A stretch of DNA of 64,000 nucleotides, taken from positions 1,515-65,514 of the forward strand of contig JBHPJW010000008.1 of assembly GCA_042567505.1 (NCBI GenBank), given 5' to 3'. The position numbers and the translations under genes are program-made. The notes beneath the pieces were generated by a model. It was given only the letters and a program-made list of their open reading frames with translations. It was not told where the DNA came from and made no database searches. The DNA comes from Fibrobacterota bacterium. Its GTDB lineage: Bacteria; Fibrobacterota; Fibrobacteria; UBA11236; JADFYW01. Shown here piece by piece: positions 31,201-40,445 of the stretch (the stretch's first letter is position 1; each line of letters begins with the position of its first letter).

Positions 31201-32196
31201 ATGAATAAGACTGTTTTTCTGGATACACTGGCCAAGCTGCGGGAAAGCGTCAGCCCTGAATTAACCAGGGCCCACGAAATAATGCATGAGGTGGCGACTA
31301 CTGCCCCCGGCAGCCTGTCCAAGTACCTGGTGGAACTGGTGGCCAGAAAGGGTAAGCGGATGCGCGCCACTTTTGTGCTTCTGATAGCCTCCTCAGGCAG
31401 AGAGAAATCCGTGGAAAGGTCTGCATTGATTTCAGCCTCTATTGAGTTGCTTCATCTGGCGACCCTGGTCCACGACGATATCATCGATGGGAGCGATATG
31501 CGCCGGAATGGAATGACCGCACACAAAAAATGGGGTCCGCGCATCGCTGTGCTTATAGGAGATTTCGCTCTCTCAAAGGCCCTGGAATTGATTATTAATG
31601 AAAAAGACAGGCGCATTCCCCAGAGCATCAGCCGTGCGGCGAGCCGCCTGATAGCCGGTGAAATCCAGGAAATTGAACTTTCTGGGAACCTGGACCTCAC
31701 AGCTGATGAGTATTTCGAAGTTATCTATGGAAAGACGGCCTCCCTCTGGGAGACCTGTGGCGAATGCGGTGCGCTTCTGGCCGGCTTTGATGACGAAACG
31801 GTGGGCAAATGCACCCGGCTGGGTAAAAACATGGGGATGGCCTTTCAGATTATTGACGACTTGCTTGATTACGGGATTGGAGCTGAGGACCTGGGGAAGG
31901 AGGTCAATACTGATCTGCAAAACGGGCTTATTACTTTGCCTCTGATCTTCTTTTTCCAGAACAATGACCAAGGTAAAACAAGCGAGATGAAATCTCTGCT
32001 TAATAGTACTCCGGACAAGCCCGGGAACCGGAGAGTCATTGAATTGCTGGATGAAACCGGGAGCTTCAAAAAAACCAAGGAAATGGCCATTGAGAAAATC
32101 AATTATTGCATGAATACCATAAATGAATTTCCCCGTTCCAGGTATTTTGAGTATTTGATTGAACTCTGTGAGATAATGCTGCACCGCTCAGCCTGA
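31201..32196 (+). CDS. Long-chain polyprenyl diphosphate synthase (IspB/HepT-like)
   Basis: 331-aa ORF with two DDxxD motifs (LVHDDIIDGSDMRRNG and FQIIDDLLDY). Confidence 0.9.
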   Translation: MNKTVFLDTLAKLRESVSPELTRAHEIMHEVATTAPGSLSKYLVELVARKGKRMRATFVLLIASSGREKSVERSALISASIELLHLATLVHDDIIDGSDMRRNGMTAHKKWGPRIAVLIGDFALSKALELIINEKDRRIPQSISRAASRLIAGEIQEIELSGNLDLTADEYFEVIYGKTASLWETCGECGALLAGFDDETVGKCTRLGKNMGMAFQIIDDLLDYGIGAEDLGKEVNTDLQNGLITLPLIFFFQNNDQGKTSEMKSLLNSTPDKPGNRRVIELLDETGSFKKTKEMAIEKINYCMNTINEFPRSRYFEYLIELCEIMLHRSA

Positions 32197-32205
32197 CAGA
32201 GGTCA

Positions 32206-35200
32206 TCACCTGAGAAGCAGCATCTTTTTACACGACTGTCTCCCGGCGGTTTTTATCCGGTAGAGGTAAGTTCCGCTGGGCAAGAGGTTTGGCCGCCTCC
32301 ACCTGAAAGAATGCCGTCCGGGCGGCAGTTCCTCAGTAAACAGTTTTTCCACCATCCTTCCTTTCAGGTCGAAGAGATGTATATGGACCGGATAGCCGGC
32401 AGCGATCTTCTTTCCCTGGTCATCAAAACGGTAGGGCAGGCTGAATTCCAGGGTGGTAGTATGCCTCACCGGATTGGGGAAGTTCTGAGCCAACCGGAAT
32501 TTTAGTTTCAGGGTTTCCGGAAAGTCCGGGTCACTGGAAACCACAATGGAGTAATACCTCGGTTCACTGGTCAGGGGCAGGTAGTGGGTTTCTCCGCCTG
32601 TCGCCTGGACTGCCCGGGTTTTATTCACCAGGAATGTATACAGGTCGTTCCCGCCCAGTTGTTCCAGTCCCTGTATTTCCAGTTCAGCGGAATTACCGCC
32701 GGCGTCCTTTCCCGCGATACCGAATTGAAACCATTCCTCCTCCGGATTGATGGAGGACCGGAAGTCCGTGGTATACCGGCGATGCCCCAAATCCGCGTCC
32801 TTTCCGGTGAAGAACAATGAAACATGACTTCCTATCTTGGGCGGCTCAGAATAATTATTCAGTCCCTTTTTGCCAAGCGGCCGCACTCCGAAACAGTTCT
32901 CCCTGTCATACAGCCCTCCCGAGCGTAGTACCAGCCTTCCGCTCCAATTCGAAAGGCTTTCATAACCAACCGATTTTTTGGCTGTTGGTCTTTCCTCGAA
33001 ATACGGCCGGGCCGGGATATTCAGACTGGTGTCTGCCGGGGCTTCCACCCAGTATGCCTTCCAGGGCTCCAGTATTCCGTTTGCGTCCCTGAGGTCGGCC
33101 GATTCCCGATCCCAGGACCAGAAGGTCAGTCCGCTGGCGTTCATATCAACCGGGTAGGGGAAGGGATTTCCCACCTGGTTCCACCCCAGTCCTCCGTTCA
33201 CCAGCTGCAGGGTGAAGACGTCTCTCAGAAGGTCATCATAGGCAGCGGAAATAATCCTGTTCTCGCCGGCGAGCATCCAGTATCCCTTTCCCCGGGTGAT
33301 GGTGAGGCCTGCTCCGCCCATGTATCTGCTGTAAAGATCGTCATTCCCCATGTCGTCCACCCAGTGGTAAACAACGGCATTCGCTCCCAGGGAATCATGC
33401 GGAAGCACGGACATGGGAATCCCGGTCATGGTCCAGGCCCCGCTGTCCACAGTCATGGAAGTAACACCCTCAATGTCGAATTCCAGGACTGTGGAATCCT
33501 CCTGCCTCAGGCCGTGCCTGTCTTCTGCTTGTATGGAGAATCTGTAGCTCCCGTCCAGAAGCGGATACTCATCCAGGAAGGAAGTATCGGTCAGATTATT
33601 ATTTTGGGTGATCTGTTGGTCCAGTGTATGCGGATCATTCCCTCTGAGCGCATAATGAAATACGGTCTCATCCAGGGCGCCGTCTTCGTCATCCACATCC
33701 AGGTAGACCCGTACGGCGCCGCCCGCGGTTTTATGGGAAACAATCCGGGCCATGGGCATGTCATTGGTTTCCTCTACGACGGCCGTAAGCGGCAGCGCCG
33801 TCTGTTCACCTTCCCTGTCTTTAAACACAAGGCTTATCTCATGCTCTCCAACATCTTTCTGCAGGGGAGATACCAGGAACTTAAAGGTGTACAAAGTATC
33901 TGATATTAAACCGAGTACCTGGGTGATAAAATCCGGCCTGGATGCGCTGTCCAGTAATATTTCATCATCCCTGTCTATGTCGGAAATAACCACCGTGAAG
34001 CTGTCGATAAAATCTTCCTTCCATTGCTGGGCGCCGGATTCCAGGCCAATCGTCTCGACAAGGACGGGCGCGTCGTTGACGTTCTCCACCAACAGGACGG
34101 TATTCAGCGTTGCCGACAAGTCGCCGTCACTGGCAATCACGCTTATGTTCCGCACTCCCACCTGGTCATTGCCGGGAATTCCGGTTATCTCCTTTCCCTG
34201 GACTGCAAGCCAGTCCGTGCCTGTCAGAGCCAGTGACAGCTCATCGGTGTTGTGGTCAGGATCCGAAACCTTGAATGTGTAAGTAAACAGGGCGTCTTCC
34301 AGGGCCTTCAGGGTGTCTGGAGTTTCGTCAAATACCGGGGGATCATTCACGTTTACCACCTCGATAATAATGGCAAGGCTGTCGTAGAGCTCTCCGTCAG
34401 ACACGGCCAGGACCATGGAATACGATCCGACATGGCGGTTCTCCGGTACACCTTTCAGGGTATCACCTTTAAGGTTCAGCCATTCCGGCCGGTTCGCGCT
34501 GTCCAGAATGGAATAGGTCAGCATATCGCCCTGATCAGGATCATAAGCCCGCAGGACCAGCGCAAACAAATCGTCTTCGGTTGCGCTGAAGAGGGAAGTG
34601 GCCACATCAAAAACCGGGGGATCATTTATCCCTATTACCAGCTCGTCAACAGTGGTATCTGTCCCGGTGTTTCCCAGTGAATCCACAGCACGGACCTCTA
34701 CATCGTAAATCCCCTGGCCGAGGGAATCCAGCCGTATCTTCCAGGCTCCTTCACTTATTTCAATTACAGAATAGCTGGTCTGGTTTACCATGGCCGTGAT
34801 AACTGCGGTGCTGTCATCCACAGAGCCGGTAATTTCCGGAGTATAATCGCCGGTGGTCAGCGGATCCACTGATACCGCAGGAGCCGTGGCGTCCACGCAG
34901 AGTTCGTTTTCCGTGGTGTCCGTTCCAGTTTCTCCTGATATGAGCAGTCCCCGGGCGATGATGTCATAGCATCCATCCGGAACTGGTTGCGGGGCCTGGA
35001 ATGCCCATGTGGAGCCCTGGACCACAGCCGTAAAGGCGGAGTCGAGCAGTTCCACCGAGACCAGGGCCGCGGGATCGCTTACTGAGCCCGTTAAGAGCGG
35101 GGTGTTGTCATTAGTGGAAAGAACATCAATTGCTACCGCGAGGAACGGGGGGACAGCGGTGGAGACGGAAACAGTGGCGGCTTCGCTCCAGTTGTTCGCA

Positions 35201-38200
35201 TCGTCACTGACAAAGGCGCTGAAATGATACGTGCGGTTCTGGGCCAGATTGGATATCGATGCGCCGGTGGAGTTGGCCGGCAGCATCCATGCCAGGATAC
35301 CGTCCTGGGTGGAGACCGGAAACGTGCCATCGGTCCGGAAACGGATCATAATGGAATCCGTGCCGGGATCGACAATGGAATCCCAGGCCAGAACAACCCC
35401 GGTTCCGCTCAGTGCCGCTGCGGTGAAATTGGTCAAGGCCGCGGGGGGTATGGTATCATTTGCGTTTCCAATATACATCGGCAGGTCCAGGCCTCGGATG
35501 CCCTGGATTACCGCGTCGTCCAGGAATTCCCGGTAGATAAGCACATGGCCGACAGATCCGTTAAGAGACCCGGTTCTTTCAACATTATTGCCAATCATCA
35601 GGGGTTTGCCGTTTATCAGCATGGGGACCGGACTCCCGGTAATCTGTACCGCGCCTTCATTGGCGCCGTTGATGATAAAAGTGGGCCCGTTTCCGTCCTC
35701 CTGGTATTTGACGGCCACATGATGCCAGGCGCCGGGGGTGATAACGGTAGTCGAGGAGAACCTGTTCCAGGCGCCATTATACCACCGAAACTCGGCTTTT
35801 CCCTGGTTGTTTATCAATAGTTCATAATTCAACTGGGAATTATCTCCTTTGGCAACGATGACGCCATCAGAACCAGGCGTATTGCTTTTCACCCAGGCCA
35901 TAAGGGTTATGTCATAGGTGATGTCCAGCGCGGGGTCAGGAAGAACTGTAACAGAGGCGTCACCGGGATTAAAGGTAAGCCCATGAACATCTGTAACCCA
36001 GGCAATAGTACCCGAAGCAATGCCATTTAAATCGTTGGGACTTGAATCGCCTATCAGTGTTCCCCGGCCTTCGTCGAATTTCCAGTATGCCGCCATGTCC
36101 CTGGAATAGCCGCCGGAATGATAGGACACGTTTTCATTATCGGAGTAGCTCCGGCCTTCATTGGGAACTCCGTCGCTGAGGGAGGTAATAATACCTGCCT
36201 CAAGTTCGATATTAAAATCAGCGTGGTCAGGCCAGCTTTCAATAATTTCCGCCTGTACAGAAGCCAAATCAATCAGCAGCACCCTGTCATCGGCGGCTTC
36301 GGAATACCAGCTTACGGGAGAATTCAATGCCACGGCCGCGGCAATGTCGTCTCCCACGGTAAGGGCGATTCGGCGGTTGGGATTAAAAGAGGCGTCTGAG
36401 ACCGGCCGGTTGAAGCTGAGTTCCAGTTTATTATTATCGGCATAGTACCAGGCCTTGGCCAGAAACAGCGGCTCGGGTCCCTCGTCATAGGTGACTTGGA
36501 ATCCGTCAAAGAAAGAAAGAGGCAGGTTCGACTGGGTGTTTGCCAGGTTCCACACCATTCCCTCGTTGATTTCGATCTCCAGGATTTCAGCCGCATTGGG
36601 CCAGCCTTCCATGGTAGCCGCGTCCAGGGAGTCAATATAGATCCTGATAAAGTTATCATTGGCCGTTCCGTAGGTGTCCCAGGAAAGCGGCGCAGGCGTG
36701 AACAGGGTGTTGGGGCCGGCCCTGTCCACCGACAGGCCGATGGAGAAGTAATTATCAAGAGATGCATCCAGCACGGGCTGGTCAAAGTGGAGTATCAATT
36801 CATTGGTAAGGGTGCGGTAGACAGCTTCTCTCAGAGCGGGATTCGCGCCCGGCCCGCTGCCATAGAAAACGTGGAAATCATCTGAAAAAACCACTGCCCT
36901 GCTGGGGCCGGTGTCATCAGGGTCGGTGATAATGCCTTCTTCCAGCTCAATCCTCAGATTTCTGTCCAGACCTGGCCAGGACTGGAGGGAAGAGGCGCTT
37001 ACCGGATCAAGCGCAAGGTACATGAGGTAGTCATCAACCGATTCTCCGCTCAGCCAGGAAAGGGGACGGGAGAAGGTGACTGTCCTGGTTCCTCCCCGAT
37101 CAACCGAAAGCCTTACCAGGGTATTGTTATTAAAAGAAGCGTCAGCCACGGGTTGATTGAATCCCAGTTCGAGCAGGTAGAAATCAGGATTGTAGGCGGC
37201 GGAAGCCAGAACCGGCGGCCCGGAAACGCCGCCGGTAAATACTACCGGCATGTTATCTGAGAAATCGAGGTCCTGGCTCCAGCCTGTGTAGCTTGAGTTC
37301 TCAATAAGCAGAGCCCCTATAGCGATCTCAAGATTCGTTTCTGCCAGCGGCATGGTCTCAACGGCATTGGCCTGTTCTGTCTCCAGGATGATGATGATTT
37401 CACCGTCATTGGCGCTCGCTCCGGTGTTCATGGTAAGGGGAGTGTATAACTCAACGAGCGTGGTCCCGCCGCTGTCGGTTGAAAGCCCGATATAGGCCTC
37501 ATCGTCAAAGGAGTCATCAGCCAGGGATTGATCAAAAGAGAGCTTTAATTCCCGGGTGTCGGCATTGTATCCGGCAGAAGTGAGCAGGGGTCCTGAGCCC
37601 GCCGGCTGAATGGTCAGGTCAAGGTAATAGGAATCTATTTCAAAGCTGTTGTCATACTCATTTACCTTGATATAATAAGTCCCCTGTGGCAGAGACGGTA
37701 TTACCAGGGAGGAAAAATAGTCTGTACCGCCGTCATCATCATAATCAAGCTCCTGCAGGCTGCTGTCGTACAGCCACATCCTGGTGTCACTTTCGGTAGA
37801 CGGTCCGGAAGTCTCAAGCCGTACATCCGCGGTTGAGTCCAGAGTGAAATACATCCAGTCCTCATCTCCAACGGGAGAGATGGAACGGGCCTGCTGCATA
37901 CCCGGAGCGATCTGTTTCGCCCCTGAGCTGTTATTGTCCCATTCATAGGAATCAGGGGCGGAAACGCTATAAGAAGCGCGCAGGTTGTAGGTATACAATA
38001 TCTGCCGGTTTCCGGCGGTTTGTCCAAAGTCCTGGATCAAGTTGGGCCCCAGAGACACTTCCAGCTCGTCTTCAACCAGGGGCAGGAGCTCTACAGCGGC
38101 AGCGTCGGAGGTTGTGAGGTTTATGAAAATCTCGTTGTCATTTCCCGTTCCTCCAGTGTTCCAGGCATGGGGCGTGTTCAGGTTTACGTAACTGGAAACG

Positions 38201-39216
38201 CCATTGTCCGTAGAGAGGCCTATAGCCGCATCGCCGTTAAAGGTGACGTCTGACAGGGGTTGGTCAAACTGCAGCGCAAGCATGTCGGTGGGCGCATAAT
38301 AGGTGGCTGAAGTGAGCCTGGGACCGCTCCCGATGGTGAATACCAAGAGGTCCAGGTAGTAGGGGTCCAAAACATCGTTATTTCCATAATCCGTGATTGT
38401 TACATAGTAGGTCCCGGCCGCCAATTCAGTCTGTTGTATAAATGAGTACGTATCTGTTCCGTTGTCGTCATCGTACGCTAATTCTGTCAGGGTGTTGTCA
38501 TAAAGCCACATTTCCGTATCGCCGCCCGGTGTTCCCGAAGTTTCCAGGTACACGTCCGAGGTGGAATCCAGGGTAAAGGAAACCCAGTCCTCATCACCGG
38601 CAGGGTAGAGGCTGCGGGCCTGCTGAACGCCGGCGGTAATCTGTTTGGCATTTACTATGTCATGGTCAGGTTCATAACTGTCCAGGCTGGTGTCAACGGC
38701 ATAACTGACCGGGAAATTATCGGCATAGTCAACTGCCTGATTCCAGTTGGTTCCCAAGTCCTGAACCAGGTCTGGTCCTATGGATATCTCCAGGTCGGGA
38801 TCCACTGAAGGCAGGGACTCCACACCATCTGCCTCAGAGGAGGTCAGTTCGATAATAATTATGCCATCATCCCCGGTGATTTCTGTATGGAAGGACAAGG
38901 GGGTGGAAAGAATAATCAGGTCGGAGATTCCGTTGTCTGTAGATAAGCTGATAAAACCGCTGGTATTAAAAGAAGCGTCGGACACGGACCTGTCAAATAC
39001 CAGAGAGAGCTCGTCATTAGCCGCGTCATATCCAGCGACGTCAAGAATGGGCCCCTGGGAAAAGGAATTTAGGAAAAAGAGCATGAAGGCCAATACCATC
39101 AGAACAGGAATCCGGTTCCCGGACTGGTGTGGGCCAAGGCCGTTATGTTTCATGCTAGACACTTTGCCGTCAGTACCATTTCTTGATACCGAAGCGCTGT
39201 ACGGTTGTTTTTTCAT
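32206..39216 (-). CDS. Giant multidomain cell-surface protein, T9SS cargo (adhesin-like)
   Basis: 2,336-aa uninterrupted ORF with an N-terminal signal/TM. It has six ~125-aa modules of an unassigned type interleaved with two pre-peptidase-C-terminal-like domains (DSYE(P/W)D...GDEDW...YDDD...GTYY). A LamG-like domain (AAYWKFDEGRG...WHHVAVKY), an FN3-like region and Ig-like domains follow. There are cadherin-like repeats (VNDPPVFD x3-4). The protein ends in a T9SS C-terminal domain. Confidence 0.85.
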   Translation of the reverse strand: MKKQPYSASVSRNGTDGKVSSMKHNGLGPHQSGNRIPVLMVLAFMLFFLNSFSQGPILDVAGYDAANDELSLVFDRSVSDASFNTSGFISLSTDNGISDLIILSTPLSFHTEITGDDGIIIIELTSSEADGVESLPSVDPDLEISIGPDLVQDLGTNWNQAVDYADNFPVSYAVDTSLDSYEPDHDIVNAKQITAGVQQARSLYPAGDEDWVSFTLDSTSDVYLETSGTPGGDTEMWLYDNTLTELAYDDDNGTDTYSFIQQTELAAGTYYVTITDYGNNDVLDPYYLDLLVFTIGSGPRLTSATYYAPTDMLALQFDQPLSDVTFNGDAAIGLSTDNGVSSYVNLNTPHAWNTGGTGNDNEIFINLTTSDAAAVELLPLVEDELEVSLGPNLIQDFGQTAGNRQILYTYNLRASYSVSAPDSYEWDNNSSGAKQIAPGMQQARSISPVGDEDWMYFTLDSTADVRLETSGPSTESDTRMWLYDSSLQELDYDDDGGTDYFSSLVIPSLPQGTYYIKVNEYDNSFEIDSYYLDLTIQPAGSGPLLTSAGYNADTRELKLSFDQSLADDSFDDEAYIGLSTDSGGTTLVELYTPLTMNTGASANDGEIIIILETEQANAVETMPLAETNLEIAIGALLIENSSYTGWSQDLDFSDNMPVVFTGGVSGPPVLASAAYNPDFYLLELGFNQPVADASFNNNTLVRLSVDRGGTRTVTFSRPLSWLSGESVDDYLMYLALDPVSASSLQSWPGLDRNLRIELEEGIITDPDDTGPSRAVVFSDDFHVFYGSGPGANPALREAVYRTLTNELILHFDQPVLDASLDNYFSIGLSVDRAGPNTLFTPAPLSWDTYGTANDNFIRIYIDSLDAATMEGWPNAAEILEIEINEGMVWNLANTQSNLPLSFFDGFQVTYDEGPEPLFLAKAWYYADNNKLELSFNRPVSDASFNPNRRIALTVGDDIAAAVALNSPVSWYSEAADDRVLLIDLASVQAEIIESWPDHADFNIELEAGIITSLSDGVPNEGRSYSDNENVSYHSGGYSRDMAAYWKFDEGRGTLIGDSSPNDLNGIASGTIAWVTDVHGLTFNPGDASVTVLPDPALDITYDITLMAWVKSNTPGSDGVIVAKGDNSQLNYELLINNQGKAEFRWYNGAWNRFSSTTVITPGAWHHVAVKYQEDGNGPTFIINGANEGAVQITGSPVPMLINGKPLMIGNNVERTGSLNGSVGHVLIYREFLDDAVIQGIRGLDLPMYIGNANDTIPPAALTNFTAAALSGTGVVLAWDSIVDPGTDSIMIRFRTDGTFPVSTQDGILAWMLPANSTGASISNLAQNRTYHFSAFVSDDANNWSEAATVSVSTAVPPFLAVAIDVLSTNDNTPLLTGSVSDPAALVSVELLDSAFTAVVQGSTWAFQAPQPVPDGCYDIIARGLLISGETGTDTTENELCVDATAPAVSVDPLTTGDYTPEITGSVDDSTAVITAMVNQTSYSVIEISEGAWKIRLDSLGQGIYDVEVRAVDSLGNTGTDTTVDELVIGINDPPVFDVATSLFSATEDDLFALVLRAYDPDQGDMLTYSILDSANRPEWLNLKGDTLKGVPENRHVGSYSMVLAVSDGELYDSLAIIIEVVNVNDPPVFDETPDTLKALEDALFTYTFKVSDPDHNTDELSLALTGTDWLAVQGKEITGIPGNDQVGVRNISVIASDGDLSATLNTVLLVENVNDAPVLVETIGLESGAQQWKEDFIDSFTVVISDIDRDDEILLDSASRPDFITQVLGLISDTLYTFKFLVSPLQKDVGEHEISLVFKDREGEQTALPLTAVVEETNDMPMARIVSHKTAGGAVRVYLDVDDEDGALDETVFHYALRGNDPHTLDQQITQNNNLTDTSFLDEYPLLDGSYRFSIQAEDRHGLRQEDSTVLEFDIEGVTSMTVDSGAWTMTGIPMSVLPHDSLGANAVVYHWVDDMGNDDLYSRYMGGAGLTITRGKGYWMLAGENRIISAAYDDLLRDVFTLQLVNGGLGWNQVGNPFPYPVDMNASGLTFWSWDRESADLRDANGILEPWKAYWVEAPADTSLNIPARPYFEERPTAKKSVGYESLSNWSGRLVLRSGGLYDRENCFGVRPLGKKGLNNYSEPPKIGSHVSLFFTGKDADLGHRRYTTDFRSSINPEEEWFQFGIAGKDAGGNSAELEIQGLEQLGGNDLYTFLVNKTRAVQATGGETHYLPLTSEPRYYSIVVSSDPDFPETLKLKFRLAQNFPNPVRHTTTLEFSLPYRFDDQGKKIAAGYPVHIHLFDLKGRMVEKLFTEELPPGRHSFRWRRPNLLPSGTYLYRIKTAGRQSCKKMLLLR
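32209..32508 (-). other. T9SS type-A C-terminal sorting domain of the giant protein
   Basis: The last ~100 aa read LAQNFPNPVRHTTTLEFSLP...VHIHLFDLKGRMVEKLF...GRHSFRW...LPSGTYLYRIKTAG....KKMLLLR, the classic Por secretion-tail pattern. Confidence 0.7.
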
Positions 39217-39412
39217 ATTTCAAATTAGCTCGGCCACAAGTACCCTATATTTTATTATAGGCTGAAAAGAGCCTTGATTACAATTATTAATCCCGGAAGG
39301 TGACAGGGCTCACAAGAAGTGGAGCGCCGCCGCAAAATAGAGTTTTTAAGGCGTGCGCAAACTCTTTATGTCTATTTGCATAACCTCGATAAATTAAATT
39401 ATGATATAAACG

Positions 39413-39433
39413 TCATAACCTATTGAATAATAA
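39413..39433 (+). promoter_or_regulatory. Conserved 21-nt intergenic motif TCATAACCTATTGAATAATAA (copy 2)
   Basis: It matches 21304-21324 at 20 of 21 positions in the same orientation. A partial extra copy (GCATAACCTCGATAAAT) lies about 35 nt upstream. It sits about 135 bp upstream of the small ORF at 39570. Confidence 0.3.
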
Positions 39434-39569
39434 ACACGTTGAGTAGTTGATTTTGTGACGTGAGTCAGTTTGCCGGGTCTCAATTACCAGTGAGGATGAT
39501 CAACCCTCAAACGTTGTACAGTTGCGTATCACAATGCTAATTTATTTAAACAAAAAAAAACTGATTGCT

Positions 39570-39701
39570 ATGAATAAGTGGATCATCTTAATCGTCTTTC
39601 TGCTGTCCCTTCTTGGGGCAGTGATAAACAACCTGATCACCAAAGATCCGGTTGACTGGATTGGCTCTCCGCCTGTTTTGGAAAAACCTAAGGATTATTG
39701 A
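39570..39701 (+). CDS. Putative 43-aa single-pass membrane peptide (not in ORF track)
   Basis: ATG...TGA ORF encoding MNKWIILIVFLLSLLGAVINNLITKDPVDWIGSPPVLEKPKDY. Its TGA overlaps the ATG of the downstream MauE/DoxX gene (TGATG). Confidence 0.35.
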   Translation: MNKWIILIVFLLSLLGAVINNLITKDPVDWIGSPPVLEKPKDY

Positions 39702-40246
39702 TGGTAACACTCCTGGCGCTTATCACCGGCTTTGAGATAATAGTTTTTATGCTGTATTTGATAACTCCGTTAAAAAAGCCCATTGGCGGATTTTTCAACC
39801 ATGCCCTGCTGGTGAAGGCAGGATCTCCCCTGGTGAGGATTGGGTTGGCGGTCATGTTCCTCATGGCCTGTTACCCAAAGATACAGTCGCCTTTTGGATT
39901 TGCTGAACTGATAGCCCAGTATCAGTTTCTGCCTTCGTTCAGTGTAAATTTCTTTTCCCTGTGGCTGCCTGTTTTCGAGCTGATTGTCGCTCTGGGCATT
40001 GTGGTTACCAAATGGAACCGGGAATTTACGGCTTTGATGCTTATCATGATGGTAATGTTTATCATAGCCCTGGCCCAGACCCTGGTAAGGGACCTCGGCG
40101 TCACCTGCGGTTGTTTTGATATTGAAGGCGCCATGGACAAGGAAGGGGCCTGGGTTTCACTGTTCCGGGACCTGGCGCTTATGGGACCCATAATCTGGCT
40201 GTGGATTAAAGGTGGGAACAGGTATATCTGGGACTTTAAGGGATGA
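39701..40246 (+). CDS. MauE/DoxX-family integral membrane protein
   Basis: About 181 aa with four predicted TM helices and the VTCGCFD motif typical of MauE-like proteins. Confidence 0.65.
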   Translation: MVTLLALITGFEIIVFMLYLITPLKKPIGGFFNHALLVKAGSPLVRIGLAVMFLMACYPKIQSPFGFAELIAQYQFLPSFSVNFFSLWLPVFELIVALGIVVTKWNREFTALMLIMMVMFIIALAQTLVRDLGVTCGCFDIEGAMDKEGAWVSLFRDLALMGPIIWLWIKGGNRYIWDFKG

Positions 40247-40249
40247 TCC

Positions 40250-40279
40250 TACGGCATGCCGGCGGCATGCCGCTACAAA
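40250..40279. repeat. GC-rich palindromic repeat (GGCATGCCG family), copy 1, inverted orientation
   Basis: TACGGCATGCCGGCGGCATGCCGCTACAAA lies directly after the MauE/DoxX stop codon. Confidence 0.6.
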
Positions 40280-40398
40280 TGCATATTAGTCCTTTTAAAA
40301 TGGGGGAGAGAGAGGGCGTGTCCGCCGGAGCCTGTTTGCAGTTGCGAGCAGGCACGTTCTCTACCCCCGTAATCTTTTTGGTACGAATATTTAATGTC

Positions 40399-40425
40399 TT
40401 TGTAACGGCGTGCCGCCGGCACGCC
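40399..40425. repeat. GC-rich palindromic repeat, copy 2
   Basis: TTTGTAACGGCGTGCCGCCGGCACGCC forms an inverted pair with copy 1 about 120 bp away. Confidence 0.6.
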
Positions 40426-40445
40426 TATTAATTTCAATTTCTGCC

